Assembly: GCA_951406725.2 (NCBI GenBank)
Contig: OX597832.1
Location: 45,074,001-45,138,000 of the forward strand
Source: Octopus vulgaris
Taxonomy: Eukaryota
DNA length: 64,000 nt
Reading direction: 5' to 3'
Shown: positions 22,488 through 35,700 of the stretch, in pieces
Layout: each line of letters begins with the position of its first letter
How positions within the stretch are numbered: the first letter of the stretch is position 1
Notes under the pieces: model-generated
The model's input: only the letters and a program-made list of their open reading frames with translations
Told to the model about the DNA's origin: nothing
Databases searched by the model: none
Made by a program: the position numbers and the translations under genes

Positions 22488-24560
22488 GATTGATTGATTG
22501 ATTGATTGATTGATTCCAGTTCCAGCCTATGAGCTGTGGCCATGCTGGGGCACCGCCATTTGGTGTTGCTACTTGGTTTCACTTCATGGAGGCTTTCTAG
22601 CAACTGCTATTTGGTGCATGAGAGAGTTCGATGCAGCTGCCCTCATCTGCCCCTCCTGCCGTGAAGTTGGTTCATCTGGGACACCTGACAGGAAGAGATC
22701 CAGCTTCATTTTAAAGACATCTGTATCCACCCCATGCAGGTCTCTCAGGTTCTTCGGGAGGATATTGAAGAGCTGTGGGCCTCGGAAGCCCAGGCTATCA
22801 CAGAATCTTGTCCTACATCTTGATGGCAGGTTTGGAGTCCTAGGCACCACGCAGTGGCGCCCAGTTCTGGCATTTGTGTAACTCTCGATGCCAAAGTTCA
22901 GGACACTTCCCTCCAGGATCTTCCAGATGTATATTATGGCATATCTTTCCCGCCTACGCTCCAGGGAGTATAATTTTAATCTCTTGAGTCTTTCCCAGTA
23001 GCTTACATTCTGCATAGAGGCTATCTTCTTTGTGTAGCTTCGTTGGATCGCCTCAAGTTCTGTGATCAACTTGACACTGGATGGTGACCATAGCTGAGAG
23101 CAATAGTCAAAGTGGCTTAGGACAAGTGTCTTCCAGAGGACCATCATGGTTTCTTGTTCTCTTGTTCTAAAGGTTCTAAGAATCCAGCCAGCCAGCCGTC
23201 TACATTTCACTGTCAGTTTAGCAACATGTACATGAAAGGTCGCGTCATCACTCATGTGAATACCCAGGTCACGCACTGATTGTGCCTCTGGGATTGCAAT
23301 CCCTCCGGGTCCAGTGTATTCATTGGGTATTGCATTCAGTTTTGCATGCTGATAGTATAAAGCTTGAAACTTTCCAGCATTGAACTGCATGCTATTCTTT
23401 TCAGCCCACTTGTATATTTCGTCCAGCTCACATTGCAGGTTTTTAGTGTCCTCAGGGTTCTGTATTGCCTGTGAAACTTTTGTATCATCTGCATAACTTG
23501 TGATCGTGGATCTCTGCGTGGCTGAGGGCATGTCTGAGAGGGCCATTATGAACAGTAGTGGTCCCAAAACAGTGCCCTGTGGAACACCACTCATTATTTG
23601 CGTGTTAATGGAAGTGGCCCCATTGGCTACTACCACCTGACTTCTATTCTTCAGAAAGTCGTGAAGCCATTCTCCTAGTTTTCCAACTATGCCAAGATCA
23701 CGCAGCCTGTGACATATCATTCCGTGATCGACTTTATCGAAGGCCTTTGCGAAGTCGAGATATATGACTTCCACATTTGAGTGGTTGAGCAGTTGTTTCA
23801 GCACCCAGTCATAGTGCTGCAGGAGCTGAGTTAAGCAGCTTCTTCCTGGTCGGAAACCATGTTGGGTGTCAGGCAGCAAGTCATTTTCTTCAAGGAAGGT
23901 GATTAGTTTCCTTCTGACTATTCGTTCCATGACCTTGCTGATGTGTGAGGTCAGAGAGATAGGTCTGTAGTTCTTTGCCTCCGCTCTGCTACCTCCTTTA
24001 TGAATAGGGCATATTTTACCTTCCTTCAGTCCCCTTGGAAGTTTGCCAGCTGCAAGGAAGCTCTGAAAGAGGGACTGCAGTGGTCTTGCTAAGACTCTCT
24101 TACATACTTTTAGGAGGATTGCCGGGAATCCATCGGGGCCAGTAGCTGAGTCTATTTTCATTTCATCTATAGCCTTTATTACATCGTCTTCCTTTATCTC
24201 GATGTAACTTATCGTCGCCGCCTCTGATTCTATATCTGCAGTGGTAAAGAAGTCAGTTGGATTGCTGATTTGGAAATGCCCAAGGGGTGGAGTGAAAACA
24301 CTCTTGAATTGTTCATTCAGTATTTCACTTACCCTCATTGGTTTTCCTGTGAGTGTGCCATCCTTTTCAAGGAGTGGCCCTATCCTACAGTGCACTGTAG
24401 CCGTTTCTTTGGCATACCTGTAGAAAGCTCTGGGGTTAGTTTTTATGTTGTCTATAGCCCAGGCTTCTTTGTCTGCTCTTTCCTTCTCATGGGAAAGTTG
24501 CAGACAATTTTCAATTTCCAACAGTTTTATTTTCAGGCGGGACTTTTCACTACTTTCAAT
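22488..24560 (-). mobile_element. 5'-truncated CR1/L2-group LINE with a (CAAT)n tail, inserted in (TA)n
   Basis: RT ORF, short 3' UTR with a terminal stem-loop, and (GATT)n at 22488-22515. No endonuclease domain is present. Confidence 0.9.
22584..24521 (-). CDS. Non-LTR reverse transcriptase (ORF2, N-terminally truncated, 645 aa)
   Basis: [53 protein letters not shown] and LYSLERRR motifs, with no stops. The annotated start is not a true initiation codon. Confidence 0.95.
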   Translation of the reverse strand: MEIENCLQLSHEKERADKEAWAIDNIKTNPRAFYRYAKETATVHCRIGPLLEKDGTLTGKPMRVSEILNEQFKSVFTPPLGHFQISNPTDFFTTADIESEAATISYIEIKEDDVIKAIDEMKIDSATGPDGFPAILLKVCKRVLARPLQSLFQSFLAAGKLPRGLKEGKICPIHKGGSRAEAKNYRPISLTSHISKVMERIVRRKLITFLEENDLLPDTQHGFRPGRSCLTQLLQHYDWVLKQLLNHSNVEVIYLDFAKAFDKVDHGMICHRLRDLGIVGKLGEWLHDFLKNRSQVVVANGATSINTQIMSGVPQGTVLGPLLFIMALSDMPSATQRSTITSYADDTKVSQAIQNPEDTKNLQCELDEIYKWAEKNSMQFNAGKFQALYYQHAKLNAIPNEYTGPGGIAIPEAQSVRDLGIHMSDDATFHVHVAKLTVKCRRLAGWILRTFRTREQETMMVLWKTLVLSHFDYCSQLWSPSSVKLITELEAIQRSYTKKIASMQNVSYWERLKRLKLYSLERRRERYAIIYIWKILEGSVLNFGIESYTNARTGRHCVVPRTPNLPSRCRTRFCDSLGFRGPQLFNILPKNLRDLHGVDTDVFKMKLDLFLSGVPDEPTSRQEGQMRAAASNSLMHQIAVARKPP

Positions 24561-24579
24561 TTGTTTGTTTGTTTGTTTG

Positions 24580-25343
<764 letters not shown>

Positions 25344-25729
25344 GTGTTTGTGTGTATTGTGGTTAACACATGCTTACAAACAAATGTATAATCACGACAA
25401 TCCAAACATGTGGTGGGGGTGTATATATATATATATGCGTATGTATGTATACACACATACAAAGACTTGCGCACACACACATATACACGAACTCACACAC
25501 GCACACACACACATCAGATTTTATACTCAAAACTTCACCTTTACTCTGAGTTTCATATTTGAAAATCGGAGTAGCCATTTATGACGTTTACAAATTCCCA
25601 GTAAATTTAGGTATTTCACCTCACTCTCAGCATTGAGTACCCACTTTTCTCCTTATGGCTTGCACTTATATACTTGCTTATATATAATGTATGTGTATGT
25701 GTGTGTACATACATATATCTCTTTCTCTC

Positions 25730-27015
25730 ACTTTCTCTTTTACTTGTTTCAGTCATTTGACTGCGGCCATGCTGGAGCACCGCCTTTAGTCGAGCAAATC
25801 GACCCCGGGACTTATTCTTTGTAAGCCCAGCACTTATTCTATCGGTCTCTTTTGCCGAACCGCTAAGTGATGGGGACTTAAACACACCAGCATCGGTTGT
25901 CAAGCAATGCTAGAGGGACAGACACACAAACATATACACACACATACATATATATATACACATATATACATATATACATATATACATATATACAATGGGC
26001 TTCTTTCAGTTTCCGTCTACCAAATCCACTCACAAGGCATTGGTCTGCCCAAGGCTATAGCAGAAGATACTTGCCCAAAGTGCCATGCATTGGGACTGAA
26101 CCCGGAACCTTGTGGTTGGGAAGCCAGCTTCTTACCACACAGCCACGCCTGTGCCTATATATATCTTTTAAATTCATTTATGGTAACATTAGGGGTATGC
26201 AAATAAAGGTCCTATTTCAATGCTAGCATGGGTTGGACGATTTGACTGAGGACTGGCAAACCAGATGGTTACACAAGACTTCAATCTGATCTGGCAGAGT
26301 TTCCACAGCTGGATGCCCTTCCTAACGCCAACCACTCCGAGAGTGTAGTGGGTGCTTTTACGTGCCACTGGCACGAGGGCCAGTCAGGTGGTACTGGCAA
26401 CGGCCACGCTCAAATGGTGCTTTTTATATGCCTCCTGCACAGGAGCCAGTCCAGAGGCACTGGCAACGACCTCGCTTGAATGTTTTTTTTTTCACGCGCC
26501 ACCTGCACAAGTGCTAGTAAGGCGACACAGGTAACGATCACGCTCAAATATATTTTGAAAAGAAGTGACAGATTATAGAATAGTGAAGGAACCCAAACAA
26601 ATAAATGAAAATACCAATGTTTAAGATGAAGCGCAGGAGTGGCTGTGTGGTAAGTAGCTTGCTTACCAACCACATGGTTCCAGGTTCAGTCCCACTGCAT
26701 GGCACCTTGGGCAAGTGTCTTCTGCTATAGCCTCGGGCCGACCAATGCCTTGTGAGTGGATTTGGTAGACGGAAACTGAAAGAAGCCTTTCGTATATATG
26801 TATATATATATATGTGTGTGTCTGTGTTTGTTCCCCTAGCATTGCTTGACAACCGATACTGGTGTGTTTACATCCCCGTCACTTAGCGGTTCGGCAAAAG
26901 AGACCGATAGAATAAGTACTAGGCTTACAAAGAATAAGTCCCGGGGTCGATTTGCTCGTCTAAAGGCGGTGCTCCAGCATGGCCGCAGTCAAGTGACTGA
27001 AACAAGTAAAAGAGA
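25730..27015. mobile_element. SINE A (25730-26157 -), family B (26213-26545 -) and SINE A (26630-27015 +)
   Basis: Match the type copies. Confidence 0.8.
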
Positions 27016-27268
27016 CTACAACAATAAGAAACAGTGCAAACGCCACAATAATAATAGGGGTGGTATGAATCAATTTGGTCAACAGATTCCACTATATAGC
27101 AGCTGACAACCTGTTGGGTTCAGAATTTATTGAGAGGAGACAGGTCTTGAATGAAATAGAACAAAGACATGTACTACCGTCCTTAAATCTGGTGGATGAA
27201 TAACAAATAAATCCAACGCCGTCACACACACTTCCATCCCCATATTACTGCCATTTCTTCCTCTAATC

Positions 27269-27489
27269 CAGTGGTTTTCAACCAGGGTTCCGCGGAACCA
27301 TAGGGTTCCGCCAGTACAGTCCAGGGGTTTTGCAAGAAGTTACAAAAATGCTAAAATCGGCAGTAATTTTAAATTCTCCTGTGCAGATATGCGTGCATAA
27401 GACTATTAAATTATTGCACAGGGGTTCCTTGAGCCAGTGGAATATTTCCTTGGGGTTCCGCTCCAGCAAAAAAAAGTTGAAAAGCACTG
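27269..27489. mobile_element. hAT (Charlie-like) MITE
   Basis: TIRs CAGTGGTTTTCAAC / GTTGAAAAGCACTG, with a perfect 8-bp TSD CTCTAATC (27261-27268 and 27490-27497). Confidence 0.9.
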
Positions 27490-27792
27490 CTCTAATCCTA
27501 TAACCTATCTCCCCCTACCAAGTACATACAGAAATACCCATGTAACTAGATTGGCCTTCGTACTGGCAAGAAATGGTAAACATCCCTTTGTGATTCCTCC
27601 TATAATTCAGTATATCCTGATACCCATGGATAATACAGACTATACTGTACTAATCCCAAGGATACCGACTCGGATGTCAAAATTGTGATTTGTGGAAACG
27701 TACGTAGTGATGTATTAAATATTTATAAATCCCATCCAAGAATTATTGTTATTATTATATTTATCCTACATTATATCGGTATAATCATGATG

Positions 27793-28325
27793 TCATCATC
27801 ATCATCATCATCATCATTTAACGTCCGCTTTCCATGCTAGCATGTGTTGGACGGTTCAACTGGGGTCTGGGAAGCCAGAAGGCTGCACCAGGCCCAGTCT
27901 GATCTGGCAGTGTTTCAACAGCTGGATGTCCTTCCTAATGCCAACCACTCCGCGAGTGTAGTGGGTGCTTTTTACGTGCCACCGGCACAGGTGCCAGACG
28001 AGTCTGGCAAACGGCCACGATCGGATGGTGCGTTTTATGTGCCACCAGCACGGGAGCCAGGCAAGGCTGGCAAACCACCACGAACGGATTGTGCTTTTTA
28101 CGTGCCACCGGCACGAGGCCAGTCGGGGCGGCGCTGGTAATGGCCATATTCGGATGGTTCTCTTACGTGCCACTGGCACTGGTATCTCAGCTGCAATTTC
28201 CATTGATCGATTTCGATTCTGATTCTCACTTACCTCAACAGGTCTTCACAAGTAGAGTTTTGTGTCCCAAGGGAAGGTATGCATAAGTGGACTGGCTACA
28301 TCCCGTGTGGAAGGCTACGGGTTAT

Positions 28326-28330
<5 letters not shown>
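27793..28330 (-). mobile_element. RTE 3' end, family B
   Basis: (CAT)n start on the plus strand and four GTGCCACCGGCAC-type units. Confidence 0.8.
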
Positions 28331-28365
<35 letters not shown>

Positions 28366-28366
<1 letters not shown>

Positions 28367-28931
28367 TGGGTTGTCCGGGAAGTTCGTGCTGATTTTTAAA
28401 GGAAAGAAAAAGGTCAATAAATACTCGCAATTACATTTTTAATCAACCAAATATGAACCATTTTGTTGCACAATGCGTCTCCATCTTTCCTTTAACTTGA
28501 AAATACCCTCTTCCCAGAATTGAGGTGGTTTAATGGCAAAGAATTCATCAAGGTATCTTTTTACGTCATCCAAGGAATTGAAATTTTTACCATTAAGACT
28601 ATTCTGCAGAAACCTGAATAAGTGGAAATCCGAAGGAGCAATATCTGGTAAATATGGAGGGTGGGGTAACACATCCCAGCCGAGCTGCAGCAATTTTTAT
28701 CTGGTTCCCAAAGCATCAAGTGCCGAAAATGAACTATTTTATCTTCCATTTTAAAGGGCTACAGAATTAACACAGGTTATAGGAACATAAACCTTCTTCC
28801 ATGAAAAGATAGCTTAAACTGTGCTCTAAATGGAGGTGTAGTCAAATCCTATTTTATGGACTCAACCATGTTCTAAAATAAGTTGAAACATAAGCTACTA
28901 TAAATCGGCACGAACTTTCCGGACAACCCAA
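28366..28931 (-). mobile_element. Non-autonomous mariner (internal deletion)
   Basis: TA-flanked ~30-bp TIRs. 28439-28693 encodes LGWDVLPHPPYLPDIAPSDFHLF...WRRIVQQNGSY, the mariner transposase C-terminus. Confidence 0.92.
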
Positions 28932-28935
28932 TATA

Positions 28936-28996
<61 letters not shown>

Positions 28997-28999
<3 letters not shown>

Positions 29000-29139
29000 G
29001 TGCAAATGAGAGTAGCTGTATCAAACTCCATTCTTCACCAAGTGCCACATATTAGACGAGGTTCGTCGTAATAACAGTGTAACACAAAACGCTGGTGCAT
29101 CAGCATGGCCGCAGCTCTGAGCTGAAACTAGAAAAAAAA

Positions 29140-29157
<18 letters not shown>
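28997..29157 (+). mobile_element. 3' tip of a sister CR1-group LINE with poly(A)
   Basis: EVQMRVAVSNSILHQ aligns with [15 protein letters not shown] of the 645-aa ORF. Ends CAGCATGGCCGCAGCTCTGAGCTGAAACTAG-(A)n. Confidence 0.8.
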
Positions 29158-29195
<38 letters not shown>

Positions 29196-30027
29196 AAGTG
29201 CATGGCTCAGTGGTTAGAGCATTTTGCTTACAAAAATGAGATAACAAGTTCCATTCCCGGACCAGGCTGTGTTGTGTTCTTGAGCAAGACACTTTATTTT
29301 ATGTTGCTCCAGGTGGTCACTCAGCAGTAGAAATGAGATGTAATGCCACTGGTGCCAATCTGTATCAGCCTTTGCCTTTCTCTTGGACAACATCGGTGGC
29401 ATGGAGATGGGAGGGCTGGTCTGCATGGGCGACTGCTGGTCTTCTGCGAACAACTTTTCCCAGACTTGTGCCTCAGAGGGTAACTTTCTAGGTGCAATAA
29501 TGCCATGGTCATTCATGATCAACGGGGATCTTTATCCTTTGTGTGTGTTTAACATCCACTTTCCATGCTGACACAGTATCAGTACCAATCAGTGATTAGG
29601 CATAAGTGAACTTTAGACTAGTTGAAATGTGGGTGGTCTAGTAGCGCAATTTAGTCAAAGTTGTTGACTGCTTTTAGTCGAAGTTATGGCTTTAAAGCTG
29701 CTCACAGTTACCTTACTTCAGTATTTCCCATTGAGGAAGGCTAAAGAGCCTGGGAACCTGATAGAGGGCAACACTGGGCAGATACAGTGTTTTTACACCT
29801 TTTACCATAAAAGAGAATTTTTCTCAACAGTAACTGTAGTAAATTTGCCTTTAAAAGTTGAAATATATCACAAAAATATTGTAACTAAACTAAAGTCCAC
29901 TTATGTATGTGTGTGTGTGTGTAAGTTATCTAAGAGTGCATTAGTCAGGAAAAAATGCACTTGTATATCTGTCAATAGAGAGTGTATATTATCCAAAGTT
30001 TATAGTATTGTATATCTATTATGGCCA

Positions 30028-30110
30028 ATGTTACTAATCAGTTTCGTGTTACGGATTCAATGGAGTGTTAGGTAACTATCTGATTATGTAACCCAACACT
30101 CATCAGAGGT
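30028..30110 (-). ncRNA. Hammerhead motif with long stem II; 5' strand of stem I missing
   Basis: CTGATGA-GTGTT...AACAC-GAAA-CTGATTAG-TA. Part of a decayed inverted pair at 29920-30180. Confidence 0.55.
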
Positions 30111-30180
30111 GGTGCGAAACCAACTGATAAGATCAGTCATGATGGATATATAATACTCTACACTTTGGATAATACACAGA

Positions 30181-30211
<31 letters not shown>

Positions 30212-30276
30212 GCATACACACACAATTGGACAAATGAAAGAAAATGGCACCCAACACCATTTGGTAGGAGCTACAC

Positions 30277-30445
30277 TTGTTTTTAATTACAGTTTGACTC
30301 AGCTCCAGAGTTTCATGGACGCATGCAATGTGCCCATCTCATCAGATTTTAGAAGAGCCTTCTAATATCTGATGAGACGGGCGTGTTCTGTGTTCCCATG
30401 AAACTCTAAGTCATACGAAACTGATTCAAACTGTTATTAAACACG
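30277..30445. ncRNA. Fold-back pair of hammerhead motifs
   Basis: Plus strand TAT-CTGATGA-GACGGG...CCCAT-GAAA-CTCTAAG-TC-ATA (30366-30415). Minus strand CTGATGA-GATGGG...TCCAT-GAAA-CTCTGGAGCTGAG-TC. Confidence 0.6.
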
Positions 30446-30610
30446 TGTGTGTGTGTGTGTGTCTGTGTGTCCATATGCATGTATCATTATCATCATCATA
30501 CATAAGTGGACTTTAGTTTAGTTACAATAATTGCACTACTAGACCACCCACATTTCAACTAGTCTAAAGTTCACTTATGCCTAATCACTGCTTGGTACTG
30601 ATACTGCTGA

Positions 30611-30645
<35 letters not shown>

Positions 30646-30949
30646 GTTTCAGTCATTTGAATGCGGCCATGCTGGAGCACCGCCTTTAGAGTGGTGAAAG
30701 AGTACAGCAGGGATCACCACCATCCCCTGCCGGAGCCTCGTGCAGCTTTTAGGTGTTTTCGCTCAATAAACACACACAACGCCCGGTCTGGGAATCGAAA
30801 CCGCGATCCTCCGACCGCAAGTCCGCTGCCCTAACCACTGGGCCATTGCGCCTCCACATTTATGTGTCAGCATGGAAAGTGAATGTTAAACGGTGCTGAT
30901 GATAATGATACACACACACAAAGGATAAAGATCCCTGTTGATCATTTCT

Positions 30950-31700
30950 TTTATCTTTTACTTTCTCTTTTACTTGTTTCAGTCATTTTGACTGCGGCCA
31001 TGCTGGAGCACCGCCTTTTAGTCGTGCAACTCGACCCCGGGACTTATTCTTTGTAAGCCTAGTACTTATTCTATTCTTTTACTTGTTTCAGTCATTTGAC
31101 TGTGGCCATGCTGGAGCACCGCCTTTTAGTCGTGCAAATCGACCCCGGGACTTATTCTTTGTAAGCCCAGTACTTATTCTATTCTTTTACTTGTTTCAGT
31201 CATTTTGACTGCGGCCATGCTGGAGCACCGCCTTTTAGTCGAGCAACTCGACCCCGGGACTTATTCTTTGTAAGCCCAGTACTTATTCTATTCTTTTACT
31301 TGTTTCAGTCATTTGACTGCGGCCATGCTGGAGCACCGCCTTTTAGTCGAGCAACTCGACCCCCGGGACTTATTCTTTGTAAGTCCAGTACTTATTCTAT
31401 CGGTCTCTTTTGCCGAACCGCTAAGTGACGGGGACGTAAACACACCAGCATCGGTTGTCAAGCAATGCTAAGGGGACAAACACAGACACACAAACACACA
31501 AATATATACACACACATATATATGTATATACATATATACGACAGGCTTCTTTCAGTTTCTGTCTACCAAATCCACTCACAAGGCTTTGGTTGGCCCGAGG
31601 CTATAGCAGAAGACACTTGCCCAAGATGCCACGCAGTGGGACTGAACCCGGAACCATGTGGTTGGTAAACAAGCTACTTACCACACAGCCACTCCTGCGC
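30950..31700 (-). mobile_element. SINE A with three extra tandem copies of its 3' ~108 bp
   Basis: The unit ATTCTTTTACTTG...GTACTTATTCT is repeated four times. Confidence 0.85.
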
Positions 31701-32618
31701 CAGTTGGATGAATATTTTTGTGATATATTTCAACTTTTAAAGGCAAATTTACTACAGTTACTGTTGAGATAAATTCTCTTTTATGGTAAAAGGTGTAAAA
31801 ACACTGTATCTGCCCAGTGCTGCCCTCTGTCAGATTCCCAGGCTCTTTAGCCTTCCTCAATGGGAAATACTGAAGTGAGGTAACTGTGGGCAGCTTTAAA
31901 GCCATAACTTCAATGATGATGATGATAGCATAGGTTGGTTCATTGGTCAGTTTGACAGGGTCTCAGGAGAACACTGTGCTAAAATATTTCAGTTTTTATG
32001 TAGTTTTAATGCCCTTCCGACTGCTTTATGGTGTATAAAATGTGTTTATATTTTTTATGTGGCTCAACTCTTAGAAATGGCAAGACTAGAGTATCATCAT
32101 ACTGGGAAAAGAAAAGAAAGGGTTTGGTAGTGGAGAGGAGAGAAAGAATCAGAATAGAAGAGTAATAGGTTGAGGGGTGTATGGTGTGTATGCATGTGTG
32201 TATGTATGCATATATGTATGCATGTATGTATGTATGTATGTATGCATGTATGTATGCATACATGTATGTATGTATGTATGTATATATGTATGTAGGTATG
32301 CATGCATGCATGCATGTATGCATGTATACATGTGTGTCTGAATGTATGTTAGTATGCATGCATGTATGTATGTATGTATACATGTATGCATGTATATATG
32401 TATGCATGCATGTGTGTATGTATGTGCATAAGTATGTATGTACATATGTGTGTATATATGTATGTGCGTATATATGTATGCAGGCATACATATAGTGTCT
32501 TTTGCTGAGCTGCTAAGTTACCAGGACATAAACACACCACCGTCAGTTGTCAAGTGATAGCAAGAAAACAAACACAGACAGACAGACAGACAGACACACA
32601 CATAAATATTTATGTATG

Positions 32619-32677
<59 letters not shown>

Positions 32678-32680
<3 letters not shown>

Positions 32681-32936
32681 CCGGAGTAAACACATAAATG
32701 TGAAACAAGGTGGAAAAAAGAGTACTCAAATACCAGTGGTAGAGTAATATGCTTTATTTTAAGCAGCAGAAAATTCAACAAAATCTGTTACTCTGAGTTT
32801 CTCGTTGCCGTTCATCAGACAGTTTTTGCTAGAATCTAGCAATTCTAGCAAATTCTAGCAAAAACTGTCTGATGAACGGCAACGAGAAACTCAGAGTAAC
32901 AGATTTTGTTGAATTTTCTGCTGCTTAAAATAAAGT
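32678..32936. mobile_element. Fold-back Penelope-like terminus in (TA)n, inside a SINE A microsatellite
   Basis: Near-perfect inverted arms at about 32752-32832 / 32856-32935. Confidence 0.75.
32865..32902 (+). ncRNA. Minimal type I hammerhead; identical mirror at 32785-32822 (-)
   Basis: CTGT-CTGATGA-A-CG-GCAA-CG-A-GAAA-CTC-A-GAG-TA-ACAG. Stem III is near-palindromic. Confidence 0.7.
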
Positions 32937-32943
32937 ATATATA

Positions 32944-33076
<133 letters not shown>

Positions 33077-33077
33077 G

Positions 33078-33280
33078 TGACCGCGTGTGTACCGTTGGCA
33101 TTTTTTTTTCCCTCTGTCTTCCCTTCTCTGGATCTTTACTTCTCCTGTGTTTCTGACGAAGAGGTCCGCTCAAAACGTTAAACCCTCCTTCTTCCCTTCC
33201 TTCCCGAGCGTCCAATAATACTATATTTGTTCCACGTCCTCGCGTTGTTGTGTTTTCTCTTTGTGTTTTCATGTTTGGAT

Positions 33281-33328
<48 letters not shown>

Positions 33329-33391
33329 ATCCAAACATGAAAACACAAAGAGAAAACACAACAACGCGAGGACGTGGAACAAATATAGTAT

Positions 33392-33427
<36 letters not shown>

Positions 33428-33499
33428 ATCCAAACATGAAAACACAAAGAGAAAACACAACAACGCGAGGACGTGGAACAAATATAGTATTATTGGACG
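33078..33499. mobile_element. Penelope-like terminus (33078-33285 +) with two inverted partial copies (33323-33395 and 33423-33499)
   Basis: Minimal hammerhead at 33149-33183, GTTT-CTGACGA-A-GAG..CTC-AAAA-CGT-T-AAAC, with GAAA changed to AAAA. Confidence 0.65.
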
Positions 33500-33515
33500 A
33501 GGGCAGATACAGATA

Positions 33516-33560
<45 letters not shown>

Positions 33561-34119
33561 CAGGTTTCTTTCAGTTTCAGTTTACCAAATCCATTCACAA
33601 GGCTTTGGTCAGCCTGAGACTACAACAGGAGACATTTGACCAAGGTGCCACGCAGTGAGACTGAACCCAGAACCATTGTGGCTGGAAAGCTAACTTCTTA
33701 CCACACAGCCACACCTGCAAGAAGTATAACCAATTTACTGCACATAAATTTTAAGGGCCATATGAACCTCAGTTACGAACCATTGGGTGAAAGTTATCAG
33801 AAAAATATTTGCTCTGGGATAGCTGTGTACATGATGGTATGGTGTGATAAGAGAAGTGGGGGGGATAGCTTACGGGAGTGTATTTTGTGTGTGCAATGCA
33901 GCACAAGGTTGAGAGCAGAGCAGGTTGTTGTGAGACACAGAGGCTTTATCAGCAGGAGTGTTTGCTTTATAGAGACATCAGAGTGACTGATGCAGAATTT
34001 TGGCAAACTTGGAGTCAGAGGTGGAAGAGGTAGGTGGGACATCAGCATGTGTGTCAGAGCGTTAATTTAGTAAGTTTAATTAGAAGACAGCGTTCGGCAT
34101 TGAATCAGCAAAAGAAGTA

Positions 34120-34151
<32 letters not shown>

Positions 34152-34154
<3 letters not shown>

Positions 34155-34290
34155 TACGTGCATAGCCATACATATAAAGATATATATCTGTATGTATATA
34201 TGTACATACAGACATATCTATGCATATACATACATACATATATATATATATATATTTGTGTGTGTGTTTGTTTGTGTGTGCATATGTATG

Positions 34291-34344
<54 letters not shown>

Positions 34345-34367
34345 CATACATATGCACACACAAACAA

Positions 34368-34421
<54 letters not shown>

Positions 34422-34493
34422 ATGCATAGATATATCTGTATGCACATATATACATACAGATATATATCTGTATATGTATGGCTATGCACGTAC

Positions 34494-34495
<2 letters not shown>
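34152..34495. repeat. ~345-bp near-perfect palindrome centred on (TA)n
   Basis: ACGTACGTGCATAGCCATAC... mirrors ...GTATGGCTATGCACGTACGT. Confidence 0.85.
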
Positions 34496-34539
<44 letters not shown>

Positions 34540-34622
34540 GCACACATACACAACATATATACACAGATATATATATATATATATGTGAGTGTGTATATTC
34601 CAGCAACGAAAACAGATGCTAA

Positions 34623-34695
<73 letters not shown>

Positions 34696-35002
34696 CGATG
34701 ATGATGATGATGATATAGATAGGCAGACAGATAGAAAGAAAGAAAGTAAAAAAGAAAGATAGATAAATAGATAGATAGACAAATAAACGCATACACTCAC
34801 ACACACACACATTCACACACACACACACTCACACACACACACACCATACGTATGTAGGTGAAATGTAAAGACGATAAACAAAGAATACCGACACAGGAAG
34901 TACAAAGTTTTTACAAATATGGTATAAGTTTAACGCTTCAGTACACACGCACACACACACACACACACAATAAATATACACACATACATATACACACATA
35001 CA

Positions 35003-35440
35003 TTTCTTTACTACCCACAAGGGGCTAAATACAGAGAGGACAAGCAAGGGCAGACATAGGTATTAAGTCAATTACATCGACCCCATGGCGTAACTGGTAC
35101 TTATTTAATCGACCCCGAAAGGATGAAAGGCAAAGTCGACCTCGACGGAATTTGAACTCAGAACGTAGCAGTAGACGAAATACCGCTAACGTTTCTGGCC
35201 GTTTGCCATCTTCCTGGTTCAAAAAATATCCTTTTCTACTCTAGGCACAAGATCGGAAATTTTGGGGGAGGGGACCAGTCGATTACAACGACCCCAGTGT
35301 GTAACTGGTACTTAATTTATCGATCCCGAAAGGATGAATGGCAAAGTCGACCTCGGCGGAATTTGAACTCAGAACGTAACGGCAGACGAAATACCGCAAA
35401 GCATTTCGCCCGGTGTGCTAACGTTTCTGCCAGCTCGCCT
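35003..35440 (-). mobile_element. SINE family C, two units
   Basis: Reverse complement of the 11418-11645 family. Further copies lie at 45038-45256 (-) and 58350-58580 (-). Confidence 0.7.
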
Positions 35441-35459
35441 ACACACGTACACATACCCA

Positions 35460-35700
35460 TAGCAAGTAGAGAAACTGAGGACAAAAGACTTGCCAATATT
35501 TTTGCATTATGAGAGCCAAAGGTTTGAAATATTCTGGATTGTAAAGCAATGTGTCAGTGAACACGAAGACATTGTCGAGAGAAAGTGTTTAAGAATAACA
35601 ATAACACACACGTCTTTACAGACTCTGAGAAGAAAGAGGTGTGGAAGTGTTACTAGAAGAGGTTGCTGAACAAAGAGTATGCAAAGGAAGGGGAAGGCCT
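35460..35700 (+). pseudogene. Decayed RTE ORF fragment (EN-RT linker)
   Basis: EKKEVWKCY*KRLLNKEY-like motif. Confidence 0.45.

Noticed and set aside
27560-27790. GAAACGTACGTA, a possible 3' half of a hammerhead
   Set aside because: No CUGANGA or stem I could be found upstream, so it is too weak to call.
27960-28180. GTGCCACCGGCAC repeats with variable spacers that look like a CRISPR array
   Set aside because: The DNA is eukaryotic, the spacers are homologous to each other, the units belong to an RTE 3' UTR, and no cas genes are present.
30780-30858. tRNA-like sequence on the minus strand
   Set aside because: It continues directly into a SINE D body, so it is a SINE head and not a tRNA gene.
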